A stretch of DNA of 55,794 nucleotides from a virus (Duplodnaviria; Caudoviricetes): positions 1 to 55,794 of the IMG/VR virus record IMGVR_UViG_3300033149_001822. One strand, 5' to 3'. Every line of letters begins with the position of its first letter. Position 1 is the stretch's first letter. Below, in pieces: positions 27,067-37,546 of the stretch. Under the pieces are notes generated by a model that was given only the letters and a program-made list of their open reading frames with translations, had not been told where the DNA came from and did not search any database. The translations under genes were made by a program, and so were the position numbers.

Positions 27067-28305
27067 ATGAAAAAGTTTCTATTAGCTGCAATTATTTTTT
27101 GCAGTTTGTTCTTGATAGGTTCTTCGAGTCAGCGAGGCAAGCTGATTTACTCGATGCCGTACGAGACTCAGGGACAGAAAAACTGGTTCGCGACAAAGGC
27201 AGGGACCGGTGATTGTACTTCGTGGGACAATGCCTGTACGTTCAGGGCCGCGCTCGATAAGTGCACAACTGATTTGCAGGATAATATTTGGTTGTCACCA
27301 GAAGATCACGATACAGATAATGGATTGGATGCAACCGGAACAACTATCAGTGAATACAATATTCACATCTACGGATCTGGTGGGGAAAACGAATTAGGTA
27401 CTCGCATATACAATACTGCCGGTGCAGTTACTCATGTTCTCCAAATTTCAGGTCACAGAATAGCTTTTTCTAATATCCGATTTAATCAAATGGCTCAAGC
27501 AGATGTAGATATGACACTGATTAGTGTTACAGGTAATAGAATTACATTCAATGATTGCCAATTCAGATCTGCTACTGGTGCAGTCGCAGACATAGGTTTA
27601 CTTTTTGGAAACACCAGTCGTTATCATACGATAAATAATGTAAGGTTCGATGATTTTCAAACTGTTGCGTTCAGAACAAATGATGTTAATAATTCTGAAT
27701 TTAAAAGGATGAAATTTTATCGAAATGAAATTGCAATAGATATTACGCATGGTGACGATGACACTTTGGAATTCTGTAATACATTATTTGAGCATAATAC
27801 ATCTGCAATTGAAATTGCAGCAGGTGCAGATCAGGTAACATTTATTAGTCCTATTTTTATACATAATACAACAAATATTACTGATGGTGGAACATATGAT
27901 GGGTTGCATCTAATGAATCCAGTGTCAGCACATGCATCTGTTGCAATATTACCTGCTGATGCTGGTATAACAGTTACGGGCGCAGCCGGGGCATGGGCAC
28001 AGGGAGATCTTACCCAGATAATTGCAGCAGATGTGATAACGACACCATTTTTTGTTTTGGGTATTAATGTACAGTCTTCGACAGCAGCTAATACATACAA
28101 ACTCGAATTATTTTACGGTGAAGCCACTGAAGATGAATCATTAGGAATTTTCGAATTTACGGATTCAGATAAGAAAACAACTCCACCACCACTAGATATT
28201 CGACAAATGCCAATTCCACCAAATAGTTATATCGGAGCAAAAATTGCTTCTAGTTCTGGTGGTGCAGATAATGCAGTAATAACTATTTCGTATCTGGCAC
28301 TATAA
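27067..28305 (+). CDS. Signal-peptide protein with right-handed beta-helix (pectin-lyase-like)
   Basis: MKKFLLAAIIFCSLFLIG; GTGDCTSWDNAC; repeating I-x-N/F strands. Confidence 0.65.
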   Translation: MKKFLLAAIIFCSLFLIGSSSQRGKLIYSMPYETQGQKNWFATKAGTGDCTSWDNACTFRAALDKCTTDLQDNIWLSPEDHDTDNGLDATGTTISEYNIHIYGSGGENELGTRIYNTAGAVTHVLQISGHRIAFSNIRFNQMAQADVDMTLISVTGNRITFNDCQFRSATGAVADIGLLFGNTSRYHTINNVRFDDFQTVAFRTNDVNNSEFKRMKFYRNEIAIDITHGDDDTLEFCNTLFEHNTSAIEIAAGADQVTFISPIFIHNTTNITDGGTYDGLHLMNPVSAHASVAILPADAGITVTGAAGAWAQGDLTQIIAADVITTPFFVLGINVQSSTAANTYKLELFYGEATEDESLGIFEFTDSDKKTTPPPLDIRQMPIPPNSYIGAKIASSSGGADNAVITISYLAL

Positions 28306-28314
28306 GGGGCAACG

Positions 28315-29019
28315 ATGAAAAAGTTATTCTTTATTTTGATTGTACTGTTGTTAACGGTTTTTTTGTTGGGCCAAGGCGCATCGGATGAGGTGCGCCAGGC
28401 TAATAAAGTTGCTCGCGCAGCAAACGGAAAACTGGTTCGCATAGTCGGTGGGCCTGAACCGGCCGAGAATGTTGCGGTCAGTACTTCGGTACTTGGTGAC
28501 GTGGTGGAAGTTGCCAATCCTGGTAATGGATTGTGTCATGTAATTTTAGATGCGCGACCGATTGCGAAATCGATCATATTTGACGACGGCATGGAATACG
28601 TTGGCAACGTGCCGAATATTCCTGAATTGAAAAATGCGTTCGGGAAAGCAAGTTGGCCGGTAATGATTCCTGGTTCGTGTAATGGTGTGGGCGCGTGTAT
28701 GTGGTCTGCACTGTTTAGGGGTGCTGCGTGTTTGGCAATTGCGGAAACCGATTATTACGTTGGAAGTACGATGCACGAATTTCTAGCTTTGCCGCGTGGA
28801 CAGCAAAGACGGTTCTTGCGCGTGCGTGGGACATGTACTGAGAACGATTTAGAGCGCTCCTGTAGCGTTCCGATTGGTGATCCAAGGGCAAACGTAGGGT
28901 CGCCGGTTACAGTCCCGCACGGCTGGAGTGGCAGAATCGATTTGAATTATGTCAAGGCGCAGAACGGTAAGCCGAATCCGAGACATCCGAAAAAGGCTAA
29001 GAAGGTGGAGATCAAGTAA
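28315..29019 (+). CDS. Signal-peptide Cys-containing protein
   Basis: MKKLFFILIVLLLTVFLLGQGA|; 6 Cys. Confidence 0.65.
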   Translation: MKKLFFILIVLLLTVFLLGQGASDEVRQANKVARAANGKLVRIVGGPEPAENVAVSTSVLGDVVEVANPGNGLCHVILDARPIAKSIIFDDGMEYVGNVPNIPELKNAFGKASWPVMIPGSCNGVGACMWSALFRGAACLAIAETDYYVGSTMHEFLALPRGQQRRFLRVRGTCTENDLERSCSVPIGDPRANVGSPVTVPHGWSGRIDLNYVKAQNGKPNPRHPKKAKKVEIK

Positions 29020-31508
29020 TGAAAAAAATTATTTTCATTCTAGCTTTTCTTTTCTGCTTGCCGTGTATGGCGGGCGGGCTGAACGCTTCGTTCGGTGGTA
29101 GTCGATATACTGGCGGGACGAAAAATTCGACTGTTTTCGAATCGTGGGGAGATGTTACCGGGGCAAATGTATTAATTGATCACTCAGGATCTAATCTCCT
29201 GACTTATACAGAAGCGTTTGACGACGCGGCATGGACAAAAACGAACGTAACAGTAACCGCCGATCAAGTACGCGGCCCTGGGAGCTTGATGAATAATGCG
29301 GATCTATTAACACCTACCGCAGCAGATTCTTATGTTTACCAAGATGCAACTGCTGTCGTTGGTACGCAATACACTTGCTCGTTTTATTTGAGATCGGTTA
29401 CTGGAAATGCGAACCTTTCGATTCATGCTTATGATCAAGCCCATGGAACAATTTTAGGAACTAAAGAAATATTAATTACTCCATATTGGCAGAGGTTTTA
29501 TGTGTCGGGAATTTTAGTAGCTGGCGATACGGATGTTGGTTGTACGATTGGTGGAAATACGACCTGGAGTACTGGTGAAAATATTTATGGAGTAAGAGCG
29601 CAAACAGCGGAAAATAATGAATGGAATACCAATCTTGGAATTTATCATCCAAGACTGGCGGGAACGAATAAACCATTATTGGATCTTGCCGACAATAACG
29701 ATCCGACAAGTGCTTACACGGATTTGCAAAGTTCAGATGGCAATCGATTACCGGCAAGAGAATTTGTGTCAGCGTCTACCCAGGATTATCGATTAGCACA
29801 CCACGATTCAATGGATGTGTTTGATGAGGACCACACGTTAACGATGTATGTGAATCAGGATATTGCTGCTCTAGGGTTTGATCGTATATTTTCACATGCT
29901 ACAGCTTCAAGTGGTATGGATATATATTCGCAAAATCTTACAAATTGGCGAGCAAGGTATCGTGGAGCAGGATCGACTTCTGTAAATATTGATTGTCCGA
30001 TTATAACAACCAACACTAATTTATATGGGATAATTCAACTTGTAAGACAAAATAATATAGTTATCTGTTATTTAAATGGAGTTGCCGGAACTCCCATAGA
30101 TGTATCTGGATTTGGTGTTGATGGTGATGCGACTCTGTACATAGGAAGTGAGGGTGGAAATTATTTTGACGGTAAGATCGGCTATGCTCGCCTCGATGCC
30201 GAAGCACTCTCAACCGACGACTTGGCCGCAGACCGCGAAAGGATTTTAGGGATTGCTACGAACTGGAGTCGAGATAACCAGTGGAGCTTTGAAAGGTCAA
30301 CGGTCGCCACGAAGCAGTTTTCAGCCGGTGGCGCGAATGCTTTGACGCCTACACTAGTTCAAGTACCGGCGAATGTTGCGAGGGTTGCAGGTAAAGGATC
30401 GGGAGTTTTAATTGAATCGCAGAGTCAGAATGTATTTTTACAATCTAATAATTTTCCTGTCACATGGACACAATTAAGATTAACATCTATTACTAATAAT
30501 GGAATGCAATCTCTTAATGGAAATATGGAAGGTGATGGACTTGTAGCAGATGTTCTAAATGCTAATCATGGTGTTTATCAACTTCCCACATTAACTGCAA
30601 CAACGTATACTTGGAGCGTTTTTGCAAAGGCAGGAGATCATGATTGGTTATTCTTATTAAATAATACTGCACCAAACCCTCAAGCGTATTTTAATTTAGC
30701 AACCTGTACTGCTGGTAGTATTGCTGGTGGTTCATTATATTCTCATGCAGAACCATACCCCGATGGTTGGTGCAGATGTTCAGTAACTTTTACAGGAACA
30801 GCAGTTGCTCATAGTTTGTTTTATATTACCGCTATATCGGATGGTGTAACCGCTTTTATTGGCGATACTGTAACTGTTAATACGTGGTTATGGGAAGCTC
30901 AAATAGAACCATCACCATTTCCAACTAGCCCAATTTCTACTACAAATGCAGCAGTCACCAGGACGGCTGATGATTTAACGATTGATCCCCATCCCGCGAA
31001 CACTAACGAGCGAATCCTGCCAGAACTATTTGCGCCTGGGACACCAGCGGATAAGTTGAGCGTTTACTTTGAAGCAAAATGTGAATGGTCGGGTAGTGTT
31101 GATATTGGTGAACATAGATATTTGATGACGATAAGTGGCAATGGTGGAACAGCAGCATGGAATCGTAATAGATTTTGGATTTATACAACATCTGCTGGTA
31201 TTGTAAGTACAAGACTTTATGACAATGGCAATACTCAACGATATATGGATTCAGCGGTTGATCCTATAGATTTTGATGAATGGTTTTCTATTAGAATGTT
31301 ATTCGATTTTACAGATTTGAGTAGATCGATGCAATGGATAAATGAAGTTGAAAATATTACAGGTGGTGTGAATAATATGACTGGTACTGCTACATTTAAT
31401 ACTAGTGATGTATCAATAAGAATAGAACAAGCATATAATGGACTTATAAACGGCAACTGCCACATCCGAACGCTCAGAATAAACAACAAAGAAATTCTCG
31501 CACCATAA
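29019..31508 (+). CDS. Signal-peptide LamG/carbohydrate-binding spike or fibre-like protein
   Basis: MKKIIFILAFLFCLPCMA|; NLLTYTEAFD..AW; YLNG...YIG...YFDGKI; GVLIESQSQN; FPTSPISTTNAAVTRTAD. Confidence 0.75.
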   Translation: MKKIIFILAFLFCLPCMAGGLNASFGGSRYTGGTKNSTVFESWGDVTGANVLIDHSGSNLLTYTEAFDDAAWTKTNVTVTADQVRGPGSLMNNADLLTPTAADSYVYQDATAVVGTQYTCSFYLRSVTGNANLSIHAYDQAHGTILGTKEILITPYWQRFYVSGILVAGDTDVGCTIGGNTTWSTGENIYGVRAQTAENNEWNTNLGIYHPRLAGTNKPLLDLADNNDPTSAYTDLQSSDGNRLPAREFVSASTQDYRLAHHDSMDVFDEDHTLTMYVNQDIAALGFDRIFSHATASSGMDIYSQNLTNWRARYRGAGSTSVNIDCPIITTNTNLYGIIQLVRQNNIVICYLNGVAGTPIDVSGFGVDGDATLYIGSEGGNYFDGKIGYARLDAEALSTDDLAADRERILGIATNWSRDNQWSFERSTVATKQFSAGGANALTPTLVQVPANVARVAGKGSGVLIESQSQNVFLQSNNFPVTWTQLRLTSITNNGMQSLNGNMEGDGLVADVLNANHGVYQLPTLTATTYTWSVFAKAGDHDWLFLLNNTAPNPQAYFNLATCTAGSIAGGSLYSHAEPYPDGWCRCSVTFTGTAVAHSLFYITAISDGVTAFIGDTVTVNTWLWEAQIEPSPFPTSPISTTNAAVTRTADDLTIDPHPANTNERILPELFAPGTPADKLSVYFEAKCEWSGSVDIGEHRYLMTISGNGGTAAWNRNRFWIYTTSAGIVSTRLYDNGNTQRYMDSAVDPIDFDEWFSIRMLFDFTDLSRSMQWINEVENITGGVNNMTGTATFNTSDVSIRIEQAYNGLINGNCHIRTLRINNKEILAP

Positions 31509-31518
31509 GGGGAAAGTC

Positions 31519-34107
31519 TTGAAAAAAATAATCACAATCCTATTTGCAATTTTCCTTGCGACAACTGCAACCGCTCAACAGGAGTACGGACAAGCAAATT
31601 TTAGTAGATCGGACGCATGGACAAAAGATGGACTGAAAGCCCATTGGTTATTAACTCCTGGTACTCGCGGTGATGCAACACAAGGAACGGGGGACTTTGA
31701 AAATTGGACTTCGGGCGGATCTTGTTTTACTTGTCCTGATGCTTGGAATTGTGCTTGTACGGGCACGACCACTCTAGCGGCTGAAACAACCCATATCTAC
31801 AAGACCAATACCTCCATAACATCGGCTGGTGCTACGGGAGCATCTTCAATTTATTTCGAAAAAACTTTTGAAGCGAATAAATGTTATCAGCTTTCTCTGA
31901 AATATCGGGGTGGAACTGGAGGGGTAGAGGATTTCCAGATTCGGATCGTGGATGCGGGAAATACTGATTATTATAATTTTGCTACAGATACATGGCAAGC
32001 TGGTGCTACACAACAAGCGTATGTGAATATACCTGTTGCGTGGACAGCTACTAGTTTGTTTGTCAGGACTGGCGCAGCGGTAAAAACTGATTATCGTATT
32101 TATATTACCACGACTTCTACACATACATTCTACTTTGATGATTTTCAATTGCAAGAATTATTTACTTGCGATGTTTTATCACCAATAGGTGCTAATAATC
32201 TTTCTGTTCCTGTCGGTAGTGATCCTTTATGGAATAAATCTTCAGAATCATTAATTAGGCCAGGAGCAAGTACAGGACCGGCTGGTTCTTATGGAATGTT
32301 GCTCGATGGGACTGATGATTACGTAGAATGTGCCGATGGCGATTGCGAGATGGACCCGGTGAATTGGGAAAGTGGTGGGTTGTTTAGTTTTGCTTGCCGG
32401 TTGATGACTGATACGGTTGCGGCTGGAACTGATTATATAATTACTAAATGGAATAGTGGTGGTAATCAAAGAAGTTGGATTATGGGTAGGGATACTGCTA
32501 ATTTATTTTTCTTTATTTCAGATGATGGAATAAATACTGATAGTAATGGTATTGCGATGTTTACAGAAAATACATTACAATCTTTTGTATCTACTTTTGA
32601 TCCGTCTGGTGGTTCTGGTGCTTGCATTAATAATTTGTATTATAATGCTTATCAGTTAATTACAGATGCTACAATGACCGAATGTATTCCGTTTAATACT
32701 ACTGCTGCTTTTCAAATTGGAGCATTGTCAGGGGCATCTACCTGGTCTGGTGGACTTTTTGAATGCACCCTATGGGACGGAGTACTTTCTGCAATCGATG
32801 CCAACAAATATATCTCCCCATATTTCCCTGGAAATAATAACGGAGATGGTTTCTTCGTGGATACTTGTGGACAGGTTGCTTCGCACAGTACTTGCAGCAC
32901 CCAAAAATGTCGCGATGGTACACCCAATGAGTGCCAAGCCGAAGGAACCGGGGTCATTGCGAATTTTGGTGCGTACACCGAAGTTATTGACAACAATAGT
33001 TACGAAACTCGCACTGGCACTGATGACGATCCAGCGTTTACCGGCTGGACCGAAATTGCCAACGTTGGCGATGGTGGTCGTGCAGACCTGACAGCATATC
33101 GCGCCGATACCAAGCACGGTGATATTTCTATGCGAATGAACGTCAAGGGTGGCGATACTGCCGTAGCATACATATCGATGACTTCGCCTTGTCATAATAT
33201 TGCGCCGGGTTCAACAGTCTACGCGGAGATCGCAGCAAAGGCACTTGAAGGTGATACCAGCATTAGGATTTGGGTTCTCGAATACGTGGGTGCTAACTGT
33301 GTGGGCGCGGGTCCGGGAACTTGGGTTGTCAATGATGTTGAAGCAAGTAGCGAATGGAAAGTTTACGGTGGGCCAGCGACGTTGACCGGTTCGGCTGCAA
33401 GCGTATCGGTAGAAATCTTGGCTCGCTTGGACCCAGGTGAGGCGGGTAGTTTGCTGGTTGATACCGCGAGTCTGAAAGTAGCGGATTATCACACGCCATG
33501 GGCGCACAATCCAAGCGGGGATGTGACGACGACTTACAATTTGAGAGATTATCGATTACACAATCCATTGAGCGATTATGTTGAGTCGGAAGATGGATAT
33601 GCATATGAGTCTGGATTTTGTGCGAGTACTTGGGTTTATACTGATTGGGATGGTGATGACGGAGTAGTACATTTTATGGTTCAAGTTCCTGATACTGGTG
33701 GAACTAACAATATTATTCAGTTAAGAAAACGTGGAGATGATGACATATATTTTTATGTTTACGATGGTGCTGGTGCAGCACGAACACGATCTTTATCAGT
33801 AACATCTGTAAATTGGACTGGTGGAAATTGGAAATATGCAGAAGCGTGTTCAGATAATACTGGTACGATGGTCGCGCATCATTACAATGTTGAAAACGAG
33901 ACTTGGTATGCTTGGACTGATGAAGGTAACGTTGGTACTGGAGTTCAAGATGATCAATCTGATGAATTTCATATTGGACATGCGGGTGGTATCACCTTCC
34001 TTGATGGCTACCAGAACCACGTTTTTATTTCTCCATATTCAGATATTTATCCTATGAAAGGTTTTAATTCTGGAAGACCACCAGTTAATGATGGGAGTCC
34101 GTATTGA
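31519..34107 (+). CDS. Signal-peptide LamG/CBM-like fibre protein, Cys-rich
   Basis: TTG start; MKKIITILFAIFLATTATA|Q; GLKAHW; LDGTDDYV; about 20 Cys. Confidence 0.75.
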   Translation: MKKIITILFAIFLATTATAQQEYGQANFSRSDAWTKDGLKAHWLLTPGTRGDATQGTGDFENWTSGGSCFTCPDAWNCACTGTTTLAAETTHIYKTNTSITSAGATGASSIYFEKTFEANKCYQLSLKYRGGTGGVEDFQIRIVDAGNTDYYNFATDTWQAGATQQAYVNIPVAWTATSLFVRTGAAVKTDYRIYITTTSTHTFYFDDFQLQELFTCDVLSPIGANNLSVPVGSDPLWNKSSESLIRPGASTGPAGSYGMLLDGTDDYVECADGDCEMDPVNWESGGLFSFACRLMTDTVAAGTDYIITKWNSGGNQRSWIMGRDTANLFFFISDDGINTDSNGIAMFTENTLQSFVSTFDPSGGSGACINNLYYNAYQLITDATMTECIPFNTTAAFQIGALSGASTWSGGLFECTLWDGVLSAIDANKYISPYFPGNNNGDGFFVDTCGQVASHSTCSTQKCRDGTPNECQAEGTGVIANFGAYTEVIDNNSYETRTGTDDDPAFTGWTEIANVGDGGRADLTAYRADTKHGDISMRMNVKGGDTAVAYISMTSPCHNIAPGSTVYAEIAAKALEGDTSIRIWVLEYVGANCVGAGPGTWVVNDVEASSEWKVYGGPATLTGSAASVSVEILARLDPGEAGSLLVDTASLKVADYHTPWAHNPSGDVTTTYNLRDYRLHNPLSDYVESEDGYAYESGFCASTWVYTDWDGDDGVVHFMVQVPDTGGTNNIIQLRKRGDDDIYFYVYDGAGAARTRSLSVTSVNWTGGNWKYAEACSDNTGTMVAHHYNVENETWYAWTDEGNVGTGVQDDQSDEFHIGHAGGITFLDGYQNHVFISPYSDIYPMKGFNSGRPPVNDGSPY

Positions 34108-34874
34108 AACACGATCAACGAAAATATAAATGTTCTGTTAATGGTTGTGCTAATTGGGGCTATGCTAAAGGGTTATGCCATAAACATTACGAACGTAATA
34201 GAAAGTTTGGAACACCAACGCCAACAAAAGAAGATGGTTTTAATGAACGACCGATTATTACCACCACTAGAAAAGAAAGACGAGAACAAAAAGCAAAGCA
34301 AAGAAGATTAAATCTTAAATTGAGATCAATTGCATATAAGGGCGGAGCATGTATTTTATGTGGTTATAATCGTTGTTCTAAAGCATTAGATTTTCACCAT
34401 GTAGACCCTTCGCAAAAAGAATTCAACCTTAGTGGTGCATATGACAAGTATAAAAAAACTTGGAAAGAATTAATGGTTGAGTTGGACAAATGTGTTCTTC
34501 TTTGTAGTAATTGTCATAAAGAATTAGAGGCAGGATTTTTTGAAGACGATTTTGTTAATACAGTTGCCCGTCCACCAAAATCGTGCGCCCTCATTAAAGT
34601 ATGTTCAATTACGGGATGTGAAAATGAGGTTATGGCAAAAGGTCTTTGTACAAACCATTACCAAAGAAAACTGAGTGGAAAATCTGTTGAATATATACAT
34701 ATAAACAAAGGAAAAGTTTGTTCTGTAGAAAACTGCAATGTTGAAGCACATACTAAAGGGATGTGTCGAATTCATTATAGACGGATGAAAGCACATGGAA
34801 CAATTGAAGAACCGATTACGGGGCGGTGGGTAAATAGGAAACCGCCTTGCAACGACGGAAAGCAGCCGTACTAG
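34104..34874 (+). CDS. Free-standing HNH homing endonuclease
   Basis: YKGGACILCGYNRC..ALDFHH.DP...KCVLLCSNCH; three CSxxxC...KGLCxxHY repeats. Confidence 0.85.
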   Translation: MKHDQRKYKCSVNGCANWGYAKGLCHKHYERNRKFGTPTPTKEDGFNERPIITTTRKERREQKAKQRRLNLKLRSIAYKGGACILCGYNRCSKALDFHHVDPSQKEFNLSGAYDKYKKTWKELMVELDKCVLLCSNCHKELEAGFFEDDFVNTVARPPKSCALIKVCSITGCENEVMAKGLCTNHYQRKLSGKSVEYIHINKGKVCSVENCNVEAHTKGMCRIHYRRMKAHGTIEEPITGRWVNRKPPCNDGKQPY

Positions 34875-34877
34875 TTT

Positions 34878-34896
34878 TGTTTAACAGTGTTAAACA
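34878..34896. promoter_or_regulatory. Conserved palindrome, copy 6 (TGTTTAAC-AGT-GTTAAACA)
   Basis: Perfect inverted repeat before the adaptor/glycosylation genes. Confidence 0.75.
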
Positions 34897-34912
34897 TTTT
34901 GAGAGGTAAACC

Positions 34913-35617
34913 ATGGCAGTCACACTTTCAAGTCTTGCAGCGGAAGTCAGGGAGATGGCGGCAGACCCGGACATCACGGAGCTTCCTGATTCAAAGATCG
35001 AGAACATCCTGGACAAGAGGGTACTGAGGTGGATAAACCGTCGCCGTCCTGGCAAGGCTATAAGCTACTTCGAGACAGTGGCCGCACAGCAGGACTACGA
35101 CGAGAAGCCGTCCAATGCTTACCGCGTCACGCAGGTCTGGTGGATGGACGCCAACTTCGAGTTTTTCAGCCCTTCCATGAGGTACGTCCCGAGCGATCAG
35201 GATATGACGTTGCAGATGAGCGGGTTCAATGTGCTCGATAACCCGGCGCTGGTGGAGGCGTTCTTCAAGAAAGTGGACGCCTATAAGAACAACTTCAAGG
35301 GCCATGGCGAGGAGAACGAGGCGGGCCTCATCAGGTTAGTCCCCTATCCTGCCAGCACAGGCGACAAGGTTTACTACGAGTACTCATATCCCATTTGGAG
35401 TGCCGTCAAGGACGTGAGCGAGGTGTTCCTTGAGGGTGTGAGGTTCAAGGCTACCGAGCTGGTTTACGATGTTTTGGCAGCAAAGAGGGGAAGGGTCCGT
35501 TCTGGCCGGACGTTCACAGGAGGTGGTGGTGCTAACGAAAAAGAATTGGCAATCAAGTACGGTAAAGAGGCTAATCGCGAGGTCCCAGTTTCCTCGGCGG
35601 TGTTCTCCAGAGGATAG
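34913..35617 (+). CDS. Head-tail adaptor/neck protein (putative)
   Basis: TLSSLAAEVR..., IRLVPYP...YYEY pattern; position. Confidence 0.6.
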   Translation: MAVTLSSLAAEVREMAADPDITELPDSKIENILDKRVLRWINRRRPGKAISYFETVAAQQDYDEKPSNAYRVTQVWWMDANFEFFSPSMRYVPSDQDMTLQMSGFNVLDNPALVEAFFKKVDAYKNNFKGHGEENEAGLIRLVPYPASTGDKVYYEYSYPIWSAVKDVSEVFLEGVRFKATELVYDVLAAKRGRVRSGRTFTGGGGANEKELAIKYGKEANREVPVSSAVFSRG

Positions 35618-35619
35618 TC

Positions 35620-37542
35620 ATGAACTACAAGATGAAGGTTGAGCTTACGTCACCGGACGGCCAGGTGATTGTGACGGACAAGGTGACTCCGGTAGTCGGT
35701 AGGTGTCAGCGAATAAAGAGGGATATGGATGTAGTCAAGGAGTGGTGGGAAGGGAAGTCCATTGACCTTATAGTAGTGGCAGATGGAGAACTGCATCATT
35801 TCCAGAGGTGCATTTCAGTCCTTGCCGAACGCACTTCCGAGTGGTGCAACTGCAAAATGATAGTTGTCAATGATTACGACTTCAATTCTGACTTTATGCA
35901 AAGAATGATATTCGAATCCTCGTTCATCAGCATGTTGGTTCATTACGTTGACATCAGCAGCCTGAAGGCAGTCGATAACACGATCAAGGAAAATACCTGG
36001 GGTAATTGGATAGTAATCGTTGACCAGAATGTTGTTGTCACTGAGGGTTGGCTTGATAGGATAATCGCCACGATACACGCGAATAGGAACGCTGCAATGG
36101 TAGTTCCTTGGAGCAGCAAGCGGATACCGCCTGAGATGGGTGGTAACTATGTCGAGACAGCAGAGCGAATATCTAGGACAGTCAGCATCGCGAATCATAT
36201 GGTTGCGTTGCCGGGCCTGTTTTGCCTGGCTATAGAGCGAGAAGCTTTCGAGGAAGCTGGTGGGTTTCTAGACGAGTCGGTTGCCAACTTGTACATGAGG
36301 ATGAGTAGGAACGGTAGGATCGCTATTCGGGCTGACGACTGTTACGTAAAGGACAGCACCAAGGGCGTTTCCGAGGTGGGTAAGTGGTTGTTGGACCCTG
36401 TTGATTACATGAAGTTCATCAACGAGTGGGGTAAGGATTCATACGATGCATATGAGATAAGGGCTGGCCGGGATATGGCTGATGAAACGGTTGTCATGAT
36501 GATGAAGGAAAAGACGGACAGAAAAAAAGTTGTGTTCGTCATGCGTGAGGCACCGATCTGCGGGATGGTACTCGCGATAGTCCACATTTGCAATGAGTTG
36601 ATAGAACTTGGGTGGGATGCTTCCTTCGCTTGCACGAAGCTTGAGAATGCTCACAAGAAACTCATGCCCATGAGGTTTACTCCATACGTGTTCCGCGACG
36701 ACGTGGAGATGATAGACACTTTGCAGAAATTGTCAGACGCCAATATCATTGCAACGATTTGGTCCACGGCAAAGACTGTCAAGAAGATATGCGACAACAA
36801 AAACAATCTTGTTCCTGCCTACTTTGTGCAGGACGACGAGCGGAAGTTTCGTCACAGTAGCGGTGAGCTTTACGCCAAGCCAAAGGACGTGGAGGCAACT
36901 TATGGAATGTTCAAGAATGTCGTCGTCAATTCGGATTGGGTACTGGAGGAGATGCAGAAGCTTGGATATGCCGGTGAGAAGATTGGCATTGGGGTTGACA
37001 CCCTCATGTTCCACCCTGAGGAAAAGTCAAATGGTAGAGTTCGTATTATGGCACATTGCAGACCTTCAACCCCGAGAAGAGGTTGGTCGTTTATTGCTGC
37101 GGTTATAAACCAGGTATTCAAGAACGGGAACGTGGAGTTCGTTACATACGACGAGGAACCGGAGGGACTGTACGTTCGCAATCACAGGCACCTGGGGAAA
37201 ATTAGCCCCGAGCAGCTTGCAATGGAAATGAACCATACGCACATCTTCCTCGAGGGGAGCGAGCGCCAGGGGTGGGGGATGCAAGCCCTTGAAGCCATGG
37301 CCAGTGGTTGTGCGCTCGTGTGTACGGACAACTACGGAATCCATAACTTCGGAACGGATGGCTACGATTGCGTGATAGTTCCATATGCTGACGTTGAAAA
37401 CACTGTAAGGGTAATCAACAGGCTGGTAGGTGACGTGAAGGAAAGGGAAGCTCTGGCGAAGTCTGCGAGGGAAACGGCGGAGCATTTCAACTGGCCGGTC
37501 ATAGGAAGTGCATGGGATAGGTTCTTGAAAAACACAAGGTGA
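35620..37542 (+). CDS. Bifunctional GT2 + GT4 glycosyltransferase
   Basis: VTEGWLDR...GGFLDE (GT-A); GWGMQALEAMASG.ALV (GT-B). Confidence 0.85.
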   Translation: MNYKMKVELTSPDGQVIVTDKVTPVVGRCQRIKRDMDVVKEWWEGKSIDLIVVADGELHHFQRCISVLAERTSEWCNCKMIVVNDYDFNSDFMQRMIFESSFISMLVHYVDISSLKAVDNTIKENTWGNWIVIVDQNVVVTEGWLDRIIATIHANRNAAMVVPWSSKRIPPEMGGNYVETAERISRTVSIANHMVALPGLFCLAIEREAFEEAGGFLDESVANLYMRMSRNGRIAIRADDCYVKDSTKGVSEVGKWLLDPVDYMKFINEWGKDSYDAYEIRAGRDMADETVVMMMKEKTDRKKVVFVMREAPICGMVLAIVHICNELIELGWDASFACTKLENAHKKLMPMRFTPYVFRDDVEMIDTLQKLSDANIIATIWSTAKTVKKICDNKNNLVPAYFVQDDERKFRHSSGELYAKPKDVEATYGMFKNVVVNSDWVLEEMQKLGYAGEKIGIGVDTLMFHPEEKSNGRVRIMAHCRPSTPRRGWSFIAAVINQVFKNGNVEFVTYDEEPEGLYVRNHRHLGKISPEQLAMEMNHTHIFLEGSERQGWGMQALEAMASGCALVCTDNYGIHNFGTDGYDCVIVPYADVENTVRVINRLVGDVKEREALAKSARETAEHFNWPVIGSAWDRFLKNTR

Positions 37543-37546
37543 AGAT

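Noticed and set aside
25801-34107. Diversity-generating retroelement
   Set aside because: No reverse transcriptase and no TR/VR pair with adenine-specific differences seen in the window.
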